Origin: a bacterium
GTDB lineage: Bacteria > UBA8248
Length of the DNA: 64,000 nucleotides
Assembly (NCBI GenBank): GCA_965203325.1
Contig: OZ241875.1
Coordinates: forward strand, 1,088,001 to 1,152,000
Reading direction: 5' to 3'
Below the pieces are notes generated by a model. The model was not told the origin of the DNA, ran no database searches, and worked only from the letters and a program-made list of their open reading frames with translations. The position numbers and the translations under genes were made by a program. Position 1 is the first letter of the stretch; the number at the start of each line of letters is the position of its first letter. Of this stretch, positions 37,937 through 46,097 are shown in pieces.

Positions 37937-39553
37937 CTACTTCTGGTAAGCGTCCTCCCGAGTGCAATACGCGCAGTAGGGACGCGTTACCACATCCGCC
38001 CATTTCGCCGAATGCGTGTGGACGAAGGGCGTCTCGAACAGCGGGATGACGGGCACGTCGGCCGCGACCATATCGACGATCTGACGCCACGCGGCGCCCC
38101 GCTTCTTCACGTCGGGGATCTGCCATTCGGCGTCGAGGAGACGCTGAACACCGACGTTGATGTAGGACGGCGCGTTGTTGAAGTTCGCCGAGCCGATGTT
38201 GTTCCTGTCATAGACCCGCGTCACGCTGATCTTGGGGTCGGGCCCGGTGGTGAAGAACTGCATCATGATGTCGAAATCATGATTGATGTAGACCTTCTTC
38301 AGCGTGGCCGCCCGGTCGAAGGACTCGATCTTGATGTCGATGCCGACTTTCTTGAGCTGCTGCTTGATCACCTCGGCCGCCAGTCCCTCGAAGCCGCGGC
38401 CCTTGGCCCAGGTTACCGTGAGGCTGAAGCGCTTGCCCCCCTTCATCGGGTAGCCCGCCTCGTCGAGCAGCCTGTTCGCCATCTTGAGGTCCTGCTTGTA
38501 CTGGGCGAAGCTGCCCTTGTGCGCCCACTTCATGGCCGAGTGCATGATGCCGTCCGCCACTTTCGCGGTGCCCCCGGTCGCCAGCTGGCTGATCTGGTTC
38601 TTGTCCAGCGCATACGCGATCGCCTGGCGAACCTTCACGTTGCCGGTGATGGGCCGCCGCATGTTCAGGAGCATGAACTCGACCTGCCCCGTCGCTTCTC
38701 CCCCCTTGTCGAGGACGACGAGTTTCGGGTTCTTTTTGAGACGGGCGGCCTGATCCCAGGGGATGAGGGCCGCGCGGAGATAGTCTATCTCGCCTTTCTC
38801 CAAGGCGATCAGGCGGGTGTTGGCGTCCGAGACGAACCGGATGACCAGCTCATCCGCGTAGGGCTTGGGCGCGTTCCAGTAATTCGGGTTGCGCACGAGC
38901 CGGACGTGGCTGCCCTTCTTGTATTCCTTGAGCATGAAGGGCCCGGTTCCGACGGGCTTCTTGCTATACGGAGCGTTTAGGAAGGCCTTGCGGCTGCCCA
39001 CGTGATCCTTCCACAGGTGCTTGGGGTAGATGGCGGGGCCGCCGAAGATCACCCCCATCACGGTGAGCAGGGGGGCGAAAGGCTTCTTGAGGCGGACGAC
39101 GATGGTGTACTTGTCCGGCGCTTCCACCTTCTCCGCCACCGGCTTCCAGAACACGCGCGAGCGCGGGTTGTACGGCAGGCACTTCTCCAGCGAGAACTTC
39201 ACGTCCTCGCTCGTCATCTCCTTGCCGTCGTGGAACTTCACGCCCTTTCGGAGGTGGAAGACGAGCGTCTTCCCGCCGTCCTTGACCTCCCAGGATTTCG
39301 CCAGTTCCGGCTTCGGGTTGAGGTCGAAATCGAGCGTGATCAGCTTGTTGTAGATGTTCACGGCCGGCACCTGGACCGTCGTGCCCGGTTTGACGATCAG
39401 GTTGAAGTGCCCCGGATCGGCTTCCAGGCCGACCACCAGCGTGCCTCCCCGCTTCTGGGCCCATGCGGACCCCGGAACCTGGCCGAATACAAGCACCGCC
39501 GCGAGGAGAAAGAAAATAGCGACGCTTCCAAATCGGATCTTATGCCGTTCCAT
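37937..39553 (-). CDS. ABC transporter family 5 solute-binding protein
   Basis: Signal peptide, LRKGVKFHDG, PVGTGPF, VRQAIAYALD; start ATG 39553 behind GGAGG. Confidence 0.93.
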   Translation of the reverse strand: MERHKIRFGSVAIFFLLAAVLVFGQVPGSAWAQKRGGTLVVGLEADPGHFNLIVKPGTTVQVPAVNIYNKLITLDFDLNPKPELAKSWEVKDGGKTLVFHLRKGVKFHDGKEMTSEDVKFSLEKCLPYNPRSRVFWKPVAEKVEAPDKYTIVVRLKKPFAPLLTVMGVIFGGPAIYPKHLWKDHVGSRKAFLNAPYSKKPVGTGPFMLKEYKKGSHVRLVRNPNYWNAPKPYADELVIRFVSDANTRLIALEKGEIDYLRAALIPWDQAARLKKNPKLVVLDKGGEATGQVEFMLLNMRRPITGNVKVRQAIAYALDKNQISQLATGGTAKVADGIMHSAMKWAHKGSFAQYKQDLKMANRLLDEAGYPMKGGKRFSLTVTWAKGRGFEGLAAEVIKQQLKKVGIDIKIESFDRAATLKKVYINHDFDIMMQFFTTGPDPKISVTRVYDRNNIGSANFNNAPSYINVGVQRLLDAEWQIPDVKKRGAAWRQIVDMVAADVPVIPLFETPFVHTHSAKWADVVTRPYCAYCTREDAYQK

Positions 39554-39723
39554 TGCTCTTCCCTCCAAATTGATGGGTTGTCACGAACAATCCCGTAAGA
39601 ATCGGTATTTCGTGCCGCAATGTCCTGTCACCCCCGGCGTTGAACCCCCGCCATGGGGCGAGGAGCCGACGACCGGGCGCCATACAGCGTTGAATCCGTT
39701 CTCCTCTTGAGTATGACCCGCGT

Positions 39724-40779
39724 TCAGTCGGTGAAGGAAAAATCAATCTTTCGCGTGACGCTGTGCGTGTTACCGAACGTCGGGATGACGAGGCTGTGCT
39801 TCCCGAGTCCGCCCGCCACGAACAGGCAGATGCTCTCCTCATCGTCGACGACGGGTACGCTTTCGAGGTCCTCCTGGGCCATGAGGTCGTCCCGGCGTCC
39901 CCGCGCGCGCTCCAGGTTCGCCGGCGCAAAAAGAAACGTCGGCACCCTGCCCCGCTCGTAGAGAAAGGCCCGGATCCGCGGCGGGTCCCAGCCGTCGCGC
40001 ACGAGCATGTCGACGTGTTCGGGGCCGAGGACAACCACCATCTCCCCGCCGAAGAGCGCGTTGTTGCTCCCCGCCTGCATCATCGACGAGGCGATGGACT
40101 GAAGCACGCCCTCGCCGTCCGTGCTGGCCGCGTCGTTGACCATGATGTGCGGGTCGACGGCGATGACGGTAACGGCGCTGTCCGAACGCTCCAGGCCGCG
40201 CTCGACGTGGAGCGGCGGCCACGGGCTCGCCTCTTCGTTCTCGCCGATGCAACTCGAGAACTTGCCCTGGTGGCCGAAGGTGCTGCGATCGGTATCGCCC
40301 GGCTTGGCGCCCCCGATGTTCTGCAGGATGAACCTAAACGCCCTGCCGATGGTGGCGTTGGCGCGCCAGCCCTGGCCGAAGAGGTTTTCCTTGCAGTTGA
40401 TCCCCAGCGCGCCCCGGGCGGGCCCGTGGACGACGATGAGCTGCGCAATGCAGTTCGTCGTCCCCTGAACGCCCGGCAGGTTGTATATGGGGTCGAAGAT
40501 GGCGTCGACGGCGGTGACGAGCACCGGCATGTATTCGGGCTTACAGCCCGCCATGGCGGCGTTGACGGCGATCTTCTCGATCGTGGCGTCGCCGAAGAGG
40601 TGGGGGATGCGGCCGCGGGATTCCTCGGGCGGCCGCCCCGATGCCTCCACCATGGCCGCCACCCGCTCCTCAGTCGGCGGGATGACGGGCAGCCCGTCCC
40701 CCCAGCCGCGTTCCATCACGTACTCGAGCAGATCCAAGGGGGATTCCGCCACCTCGTGGCGCGTGGAGGCCAGCTTCAT
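39724..40779 (-). CDS. Conserved uncharacterised partner of UGSC (seleno)proteins (GDGLPxxPPT family)
   Basis: GWGDGLPVIPPTEERV, EKIAVNAAMAGC, RANATIGRA; start overlaps the stop of the selenoprotein (ATGA). Confidence 0.75.
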   Translation of the reverse strand: MKLASTRHEVAESPLDLLEYVMERGWGDGLPVIPPTEERVAAMVEASGRPPEESRGRIPHLFGDATIEKIAVNAAMAGCKPEYMPVLVTAVDAIFDPIYNLPGVQGTTNCIAQLIVVHGPARGALGINCKENLFGQGWRANATIGRAFRFILQNIGGAKPGDTDRSTFGHQGKFSSCIGENEEASPWPPLHVERGLERSDSAVTVIAVDPHIMVNDAASTDGEGVLQSIASSMMQAGSNNALFGGEMVVVLGPEHVDMLVRDGWDPPRIRAFLYERGRVPTFLFAPANLERARGRRDDLMAQEDLESVPVVDDEESICLFVAGGLGKHSLVIPTFGNTHSVTRKIDFSFTD

Positions 40780-41333
40780 CCTTCGTCTTCCGGGGGCGGC
40801 GTCCGCGTCAGGGACTCCGCCACGCTTTCGAGTATCCCGTCCGCGTGGGCGTGCACCGTATCGAGCGGTATTCCGGTGATGGGATGGGGGATAGAGACGA
40901 TCGGCAGGCCCGCAAAACCCAAGGCCCGCGCCTTCTTTCGGCCGAAGGCCTCGAACATGTCCGTGATGACGGTGAGCGTGGGGAGCCCGCGCTGTTCGAG
41001 CTCGATCGCGTCGTGGATACTCCACGGCGTGCAGGACCCTCAGTCGGGCACTGCGTTCACCACGAAGTCGCAATCTTTGGCCATCCGGTCGATCAGGTCC
41101 TCCTCCAGGGGGAGCGCGCTGCCGCCCTTGCGGTAGTGCGTGAACGAGGCGATGGGATATTTCCCGCTCAAGCGCTCTTCCAGCCGGCGGAGCAGCTTGT
41201 CGGAGTTTGGTTTCGTGTTATCGAGAAGGCCCAGGCGAACCCCCTCGAGAAGAGCGGGGCGCGCGGCCGGCCGCACCTTCTCCATCGGAGGGGGTATTCC
41301 CGATGGATCGAGAATCACCAGAGTCTCCCTCAT
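40776..41333 (-). CDS. UGSC-motif selenoprotein (185 aa, Sec at TGA 41042-41040)
   Basis: ORFs 41040-41333 and 40776-40958 are in one frame separated only by TGA; readthrough gives VNAVPD-U-GSCTPWSIHDAIELEQRGLPT. Confidence 0.9.
41009..41029 (-). promoter_or_regulatory. Candidate bacterial SECIS hairpin
   Basis: CGTGGA-GTA-TCCACG stem beginning 14 nt after the UGA, with G first in the apical loop. Confidence 0.65.
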
Positions 41334-41390
41334 AAAACACTCCTCCCCGGAAACCAGGCGGAATCGCGCCCGGCGCGGTCTGAAGTCACG

Positions 41391-41467
41391 ATAAGATGAT
41401 AAGATGCCGGATCGTTATGGAATAATAAGATGATTGTGAGTATCTATATTCTTGCCGATCCTGTCAA
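41391..41467 (-). promoter_or_regulatory. Putative sigma70 promoter and operator repeats of the selenoprotein cluster
   Basis: TTGACA (41467-41462)-N17-GATACT; ATAAGATG repeated three times between 41391 and 41434. Confidence 0.5.
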
Positions 41468-41562
41468 CAAACCCCCGGACGGCCCCCGTGCCGTATCGAC
41501 CTCACCCTGAGCAACCGCCCCCTCGACTTCGCTTGGGGCAGGCTCCGCCGTTCCCCGACACC

Positions 41563-41643
41563 CCTCACCCTGAGTAGCCGCCGGAGGCGGCGTATCGAAG
41601 GGCGCTCCCTCGATACGGCCCTCCGGGCCTACTCGGGATGAGG
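41563..41643. repeat. Palindromic intergenic repeat
   Basis: CCTCACCCTGAGTAG...CGTATCGAAGGG / CCCTCGATACG...CTACTCGGGATGAGG inverted arms. Confidence 0.75.
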
Positions 41644-41687
41644 TTCTTTTGCGTCTCCCGCCCCGCTGGCCCCCTCTCGACGGGAAA

Positions 41688-41876
41688 AGCACCCCCCCTA
41701 CCCCCCCTTGTCAGGGGTCAAACGCGAGTGATGAACGAGCGTTTGCATAAGCCATTAACGAGAAACACATCGTCTTGCAAAACCTCCCTCTTCGGTCGGT
41801 TTTGACCCCTGACAAGGGGGGGTAGGGGGGGGTAGGGGGGGGTTGCTCCTTTGACAAAGGCTTCTTCAACAACCCT
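41688..41876. mobile_element. MITE-like palindromic element (poly-C/poly-G arm family)
   Basis: Arms CCCCCCCTACCCCCCCTTGTCAGGGG / CCCCTGACAAGGGGGGGTAGGGGGGG plus TTCAACAACCC end. Confidence 0.7.
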
Positions 41877-42077
41877 GTCAGCCTGGCGCGGACGCCGGGA
41901 TGCGCGGGAATCGTAACGAATCCGATTTCGTTTTGATTGCATGCCGAGGCATATGGATTTGAAGGAAACGGATGGCGACAGGAAAACGCCAATAACATCA
42001 ATATGATATCGAGGCTCCACAGCCGATGGAAACGATTCGATGCATCGAATTTATCGATATTCCCGGACTTTCCCCCA

Positions 42078-43340
42078 TCACGTCAGCGGGTCGAGGCCCA
42101 GCACGGCGCGGCGCACGAGCTCCATCCCGTAGATGGGCGCGCGCGACTGCACGAACTGCTCGTTGCCCCCGAAGCTCGCCGTGAAGGTGAAGGCGTCGCT
42201 CCCTATGTCGAGCGCCATGTGGGTGTCGCCCAGCGCGGGCGCGCGGCGGGAGTTTTCGGGTTCGATGTTCTCCGGCGGATTGGGGCCGAAGACGGCGAGG
42301 CCTAAGTCGGCGCCCGACTCCTCGCGGATTCGCCTCGCGAGCGCTTTTGCGAAATCCTCCGGGCTTTCTGTCTCATCCACACCGAACATGCGCGCCAGCT
42401 CCTCCGCGTGCAGTCCGACGACGCCGCGTTTCAGGAACCGCACGCGCTCGGGCCAGGCGTTCAGCCGCTGGATCAAGGCCCCGCCGGTATTGGACTCCAC
42501 AATCGCGATGGTCTTGCCGCTCTGGGCCAGCACGCGCGCCAGCGTCTCCTCGAGCGTCGCGTTCCCGGTGGCGTAGACGGCGGAACCCAGAATCTCGCGC
42601 ACCTTGACTTCGAGACCCGCAATCATGTTGTTCGCCTCTTCGATATCCTTTGCGCGCGCGGTGATGCGCACGTCCACCTGGCCGGGGTGGGCGAGCACGC
42701 CGATGCTCGGGTTCACCGATTCCTTGAACAACTCCGATATCATCTCGTCCACCCGCGATTCGCCGAGGCCGCAGGTCTTCAGGACCTTCGTCCGGATGAC
42801 TTCCCCTAAATCGAATTTCTCCTGCAGGATGGGCAACGCGCACTGCGTGATGATGTAGCGCATCTCGTGCGGCACGCCCGGGCTCACGATGATGACCCCC
42901 TGCTCGTCTTCGCACATGAAACAAGGCGCCGTTCCGCGCGGGTTCTCGATGGGCGTGGCCCCGGCGGGGATGTAGGCCTGCTTTTTGTTGTTGTCGCTCA
43001 TGTGGAAGCCGCGGCGGCTGAAATAGGCGCTGATGTAGTCGTACAGGTCCTGGCGGAACTCGAGCTCGACGCCCATCACCTTGGCGCAGGCCTCCCGCGT
43101 CAGGTCGTCCACCGTGGGGCCGAGGCCGCCCGTGGTGATCACCACCTGGGAGCGCTCGTGGGCCTGTTTGATGACGCCTGCGATCCTGTCCAGATTGTCG
43201 CCTACGGTGGTCTTGAAATACATGTTGACGCCGATCGACTTGAGCTGGTCTGCGATGAAGGCGCTGTTGGTGTCGATGAGGTCGCCGAGCAGCATCTCGG
43301 TGCCGATGGCGACGATTTCGCCGCGAACAGGTTCCGCCAT
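42078..43340 (-). CDS. cinA: CinA family protein (molybdopterin-binding-like domain + degenerate PncC domain)
   Basis: IGTEMLLG, DTNS, TGGLGPTVDDLTRE, NPRGTAP, PGVPHEM; C-terminal ESNTGG. Confidence 0.88.
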   Translation of the reverse strand: MAEPVRGEIVAIGTEMLLGDLIDTNSAFIADQLKSIGVNMYFKTTVGDNLDRIAGVIKQAHERSQVVITTGGLGPTVDDLTREACAKVMGVELEFRQDLYDYISAYFSRRGFHMSDNNKKQAYIPAGATPIENPRGTAPCFMCEDEQGVIIVSPGVPHEMRYIITQCALPILQEKFDLGEVIRTKVLKTCGLGESRVDEMISELFKESVNPSIGVLAHPGQVDVRITARAKDIEEANNMIAGLEVKVREILGSAVYATGNATLEETLARVLAQSGKTIAIVESNTGGALIQRLNAWPERVRFLKRGVVGLHAEELARMFGVDETESPEDFAKALARRIREESGADLGLAVFGPNPPENIEPENSRRAPALGDTHMALDIGSDAFTFTASFGGNEQFVQSRAPIYGMELVRRAVLGLDPLT

Positions 43341-43444
43341 GAAAGGTTCCTCTATGTCGATGATCAGAAAATGAATGCCACAGTGGGACGCCGCATATTA
43401 GGGGAGCGCTCCCCCGGCGACAAGGGCGGGAGAACTCAAGGCCA

Positions 43445-44167
43445 CTAAGCAAGCCCCGAGAGAGCGAGCCAGCGCTCGAACCAGCGAGTCGCCCGCCGGT
43501 TCAACGTCTCCATGTGCAACGGCGCTTCGCCCAATATCGCCTCGGGGTCCGCATCCGAGCGTGGGGATTTCATGTCGCCCTCGAACGCGTCCAGCCAGGT
43601 GGATATGTCCTCCATCCCGATTTCCAGGTGAAACTGGAAGGCGTAGGCGCGCGCGCCCCACCGGAACGCCTGATTCGGGTACCGCGCCGAAGACGCGAGA
43701 TGCACCGCGCCATCGGGAATGTCGAACGTATCGCCGTGCCACTGGAAAACGGGGAAAGACGCCGCCTCATCGCCGAGCAGCGGGTCTCCTTGCGCCCCCG
43801 GCGTCAGATCCACCGGAAACCAGCCGATCTCCTTTTTCCCCTCGCCCGGATACACGCGGGCGTCCAGCGCCGCCGCCATCAACTGCGCGCCCAGGCAAAG
43901 GCCGTAGACGGGGAATCCCGCGTGCAGCGCTTCACGGAGGAAACGAAGCTCATCCGCCAGCCAGGGGTATTTCTCCGCCTCGTAGACGCCCATCGGCCCG
44001 CCCAGGACGACAATCGCGCTTACATCCTCCAGATCACCCAAAGAGCGCGGGAGAGGCTCCCCCTTGTGGAGGGCCAGATAGCGCGCGGGTACTCCCTTCT
44101 GCGCGAGCACCTCTTCGAGCAGCGAGAGCCTTTCCACGTCCACATGCTGAAGCGCGAGAACCGACAT
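43445..44167 (-). CDS. Class I glutamine amidotransferase-like protein
   Basis: LGGPMG, GLCLGAQL, FQWHGDTF, FQFHLE. Confidence 0.9.
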   Translation of the reverse strand: MSVLALQHVDVERLSLLEEVLAQKGVPARYLALHKGEPLPRSLGDLEDVSAIVVLGGPMGVYEAEKYPWLADELRFLREALHAGFPVYGLCLGAQLMAAALDARVYPGEGKKEIGWFPVDLTPGAQGDPLLGDEAASFPVFQWHGDTFDIPDGAVHLASSARYPNQAFRWGARAYAFQFHLEIGMEDISTWLDAFEGDMKSPRSDADPEAILGEAPLHMETLNRRATRWFERWLALSGLA

Positions 44168-44196
44168 CCGGATGTCCTCTTATAAACCAGACTTGG

Positions 44197-44445
44197 AGGG
44201 GGCGTTGAAAAAGCCCCCCTTCTCAGGGGATAAAGGCAACCCCCCCCTACCCCCCCTTGTCAGGGGGGCAAGAAAAAACAAAAGCCCCTCTACGGGCGGC
44301 CGGCAGCGCCTTTTTTTACCCCCCTGACAAGGGGGGGTAGGGGGGGTTGCTTTTCCAGCCAGGGAAGCGAGCGGCGGCCGGGTTCGGCCGTGAACCTTCC
44401 TTCCCTGTTCCGCCCGCCCCGACGGGGGCTGTTTCAACAACCCCT
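44197..44445. mobile_element. MITE-like element with terminal and internal inverted repeats
   Basis: TIRs AGGGGGCGTTGAAAAAGCCCCC / GGGGGCTGTTTCAACAACCCCT; internal arms as in 41688-41876. Confidence 0.8.
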
Positions 44446-45205
44446 ACAAACCCAGAATCGAAAGCGTATCCTCAATCTCCCGAATCTCGAAATCGGGCGG
44501 CTGGCAACCCTCCGGCACGGGCGCTCCCTTTCTGTTGAGCCAGGCGCAGGGCATGCCCACGCTCTGCGGGCCCGTAACGTCGGCATCGAACGTATCGCCC
44601 ACGAAGAGCACTTCTCCCGGCGACACGCCCAGTTCCTCGGCTACTTTAAGAAAAAGCGACGCCGCAGGCTTCCTGAAACCCTCATCCTCTGAAATATGCA
44701 CGGTATCGAGATAGGGCGTGATGCCCATCTTGTCGATGATCCGTAGGGCGGTGGGCGAATGGTCGAAATTGCTCAAGAGCGCTATCGGAAGACCTGCGTC
44801 TTTTATCTTCCCCAGCACGTCGAGCCGGTCCGTGTCGAAGACGACGGAATTCTCGATGCCGTACATGTGGGCGTTCAGGGCTGTCTTGGCGGCGCGTTCC
44901 CTGTCTTGCGCGGGAATGGCGATCAGAAGCTCCATGAGGCGCCGGAAACGGACTATCGAGCGGACCTCTTTGAGTTCGGGGTCGTTGTTGCGCTCGCCCC
45001 ACACTTCTTTCGAGTTCTGGAGCCAGAGCTGGTGGAAGGCCGGATAATTCGGCACGAGGAAACCGCCCTCGTAGAGCGCGTCATAAGCCGCTTTCGAGGT
45101 GGTCTTCTCCTCCTTGCCGTCTATCTCCACCACCGGGAACAGCTTGATGTCGAAATCGACGAGGGTGTCGAACAGGTCGAACGCAACCGCTTGATACGAT
45201 GCCAA
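44444..45205 (-). CDS. HAD superfamily hydrolase
   Basis: FDLFDTL, LLSN, RKP, FVGDTFDADV. Confidence 0.9.
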   Translation of the reverse strand: MASYQAVAFDLFDTLVDFDIKLFPVVEIDGKEEKTTSKAAYDALYEGGFLVPNYPAFHQLWLQNSKEVWGERNNDPELKEVRSIVRFRRLMELLIAIPAQDRERAAKTALNAHMYGIENSVVFDTDRLDVLGKIKDAGLPIALLSNFDHSPTALRIIDKMGITPYLDTVHISEDEGFRKPAASLFLKVAEELGVSPGEVLFVGDTFDADVTGPQSVGMPCAWLNRKGAPVPEGCQPPDFEIREIEDTLSILGL

Positions 45206-45241
45206 GGGAACTCCTCATCAAGTTCGAGTCTGGTTCAGGGA

Positions 45242-45754
45242 TCAGTCGTAGGAGCCGTCCATGTCCATCTTCCGGTAGGCGCTGCCGTAGAAAAGAAGCG
45301 GGGCGCGCACCTCTTCCTCGAGCACGACGCGGGTCACGCGCCCCACGACGATAGTGTGATCGCCACCCGGAAGCTCCTCGTGTAGGTCGCACTCCAGAAC
45401 ACCCACGTTCCCCGTGAGCACGGGCGAGCCGTTCTCGCCGATTTCATGCGGGATGTCGGCGAACTGATCCTCCGCGTCCCTGCCCTTGCCCGCGAACCAG
45501 TCGGAGGTGTTCTTCTGCTCCTCAGCCAGGAAATTGATGGCGAACTTCTTCGCTTCCTGCACCATCTTCAGGCTCGACGCCTTGTTGTCGTAACACACCA
45601 AGACGAGCGGCGGGTCGAGCGAGAGGGAGGAAAACGCGTTCGCCGTCATGCCGCGCGCTTCGGTCGGCGTTTTCGCGGTGACGACCGTGACGCCCGTGGC
45701 GAACCTGCCGAGGGCGGTTCTGAATTCTTTTCCGTCGATGCTCATGTGTGCCAT
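45242..45754 (-). CDS. Flavin reductase family protein
   Basis: FATGVTVVT, SLSLDPPLV, GDHTI, PLLFY. Confidence 0.93.
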   Translation of the reverse strand: MAHMSIDGKEFRTALGRFATGVTVVTAKTPTEARGMTANAFSSLSLDPPLVLVCYDNKASSLKMVQEAKKFAINFLAEEQKNTSDWFAGKGRDAEDQFADIPHEIGENGSPVLTGNVGVLECDLHEELPGGDHTIVVGRVTRVVLEEEVRAPLLFYGSAYRKMDMDGSYD

Positions 45755-45927
45755 CCTCTATATTGAAAACTTTGGATTCGTCCGAATATATCTCATCTTT
45801 CCTTGAGTTCGCCTTTTCCGGTGTAAAGCGCAGTCGTTCCCCGTTCCTCGCCTATCGGGGCTGTTGAAAAAGCCTCCCCGCTCGGAATTGACCACCGCCG
45901 TCATTCCGGCGTCATTGCCGTATCTAT

Positions 45928-46000
45928 TGTAGGGGTCGCATATATGCGACCCTGCCTTTTTTGCCTCCCGACCATGGGCCGCATATATGCGGCCCCTACA
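45928..46000. repeat. GTAG-type REP doublet (REPIN-like)
   Basis: GTAGGGGTCGCATATATGCGACCC and inverted GGGCCGCATATATGCGGCCCCTAC. Confidence 0.8.
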
Positions 46001-46097
46001 CAACCAACCACACCTGCTCGCGCCGCGCGGGCTTCCTCGTCATCGTCGCGCGAATCTCCTTAACGCCCATAACCTGAACAGAATTTTACAAAATCCC

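Noticed and set aside
39554..39723. Riboswitch or leader peptide upstream of the solute-binding protein
   Set aside because: No recognisable aptamer consensus or terminator; an Rfam search would be needed.
40780..41073. Long N-terminal extension of ORF 39724-41073
   Set aside because: Alternate frame over the selenoprotein 3' half; ATG 40779 is coupled to the selenoprotein stop.
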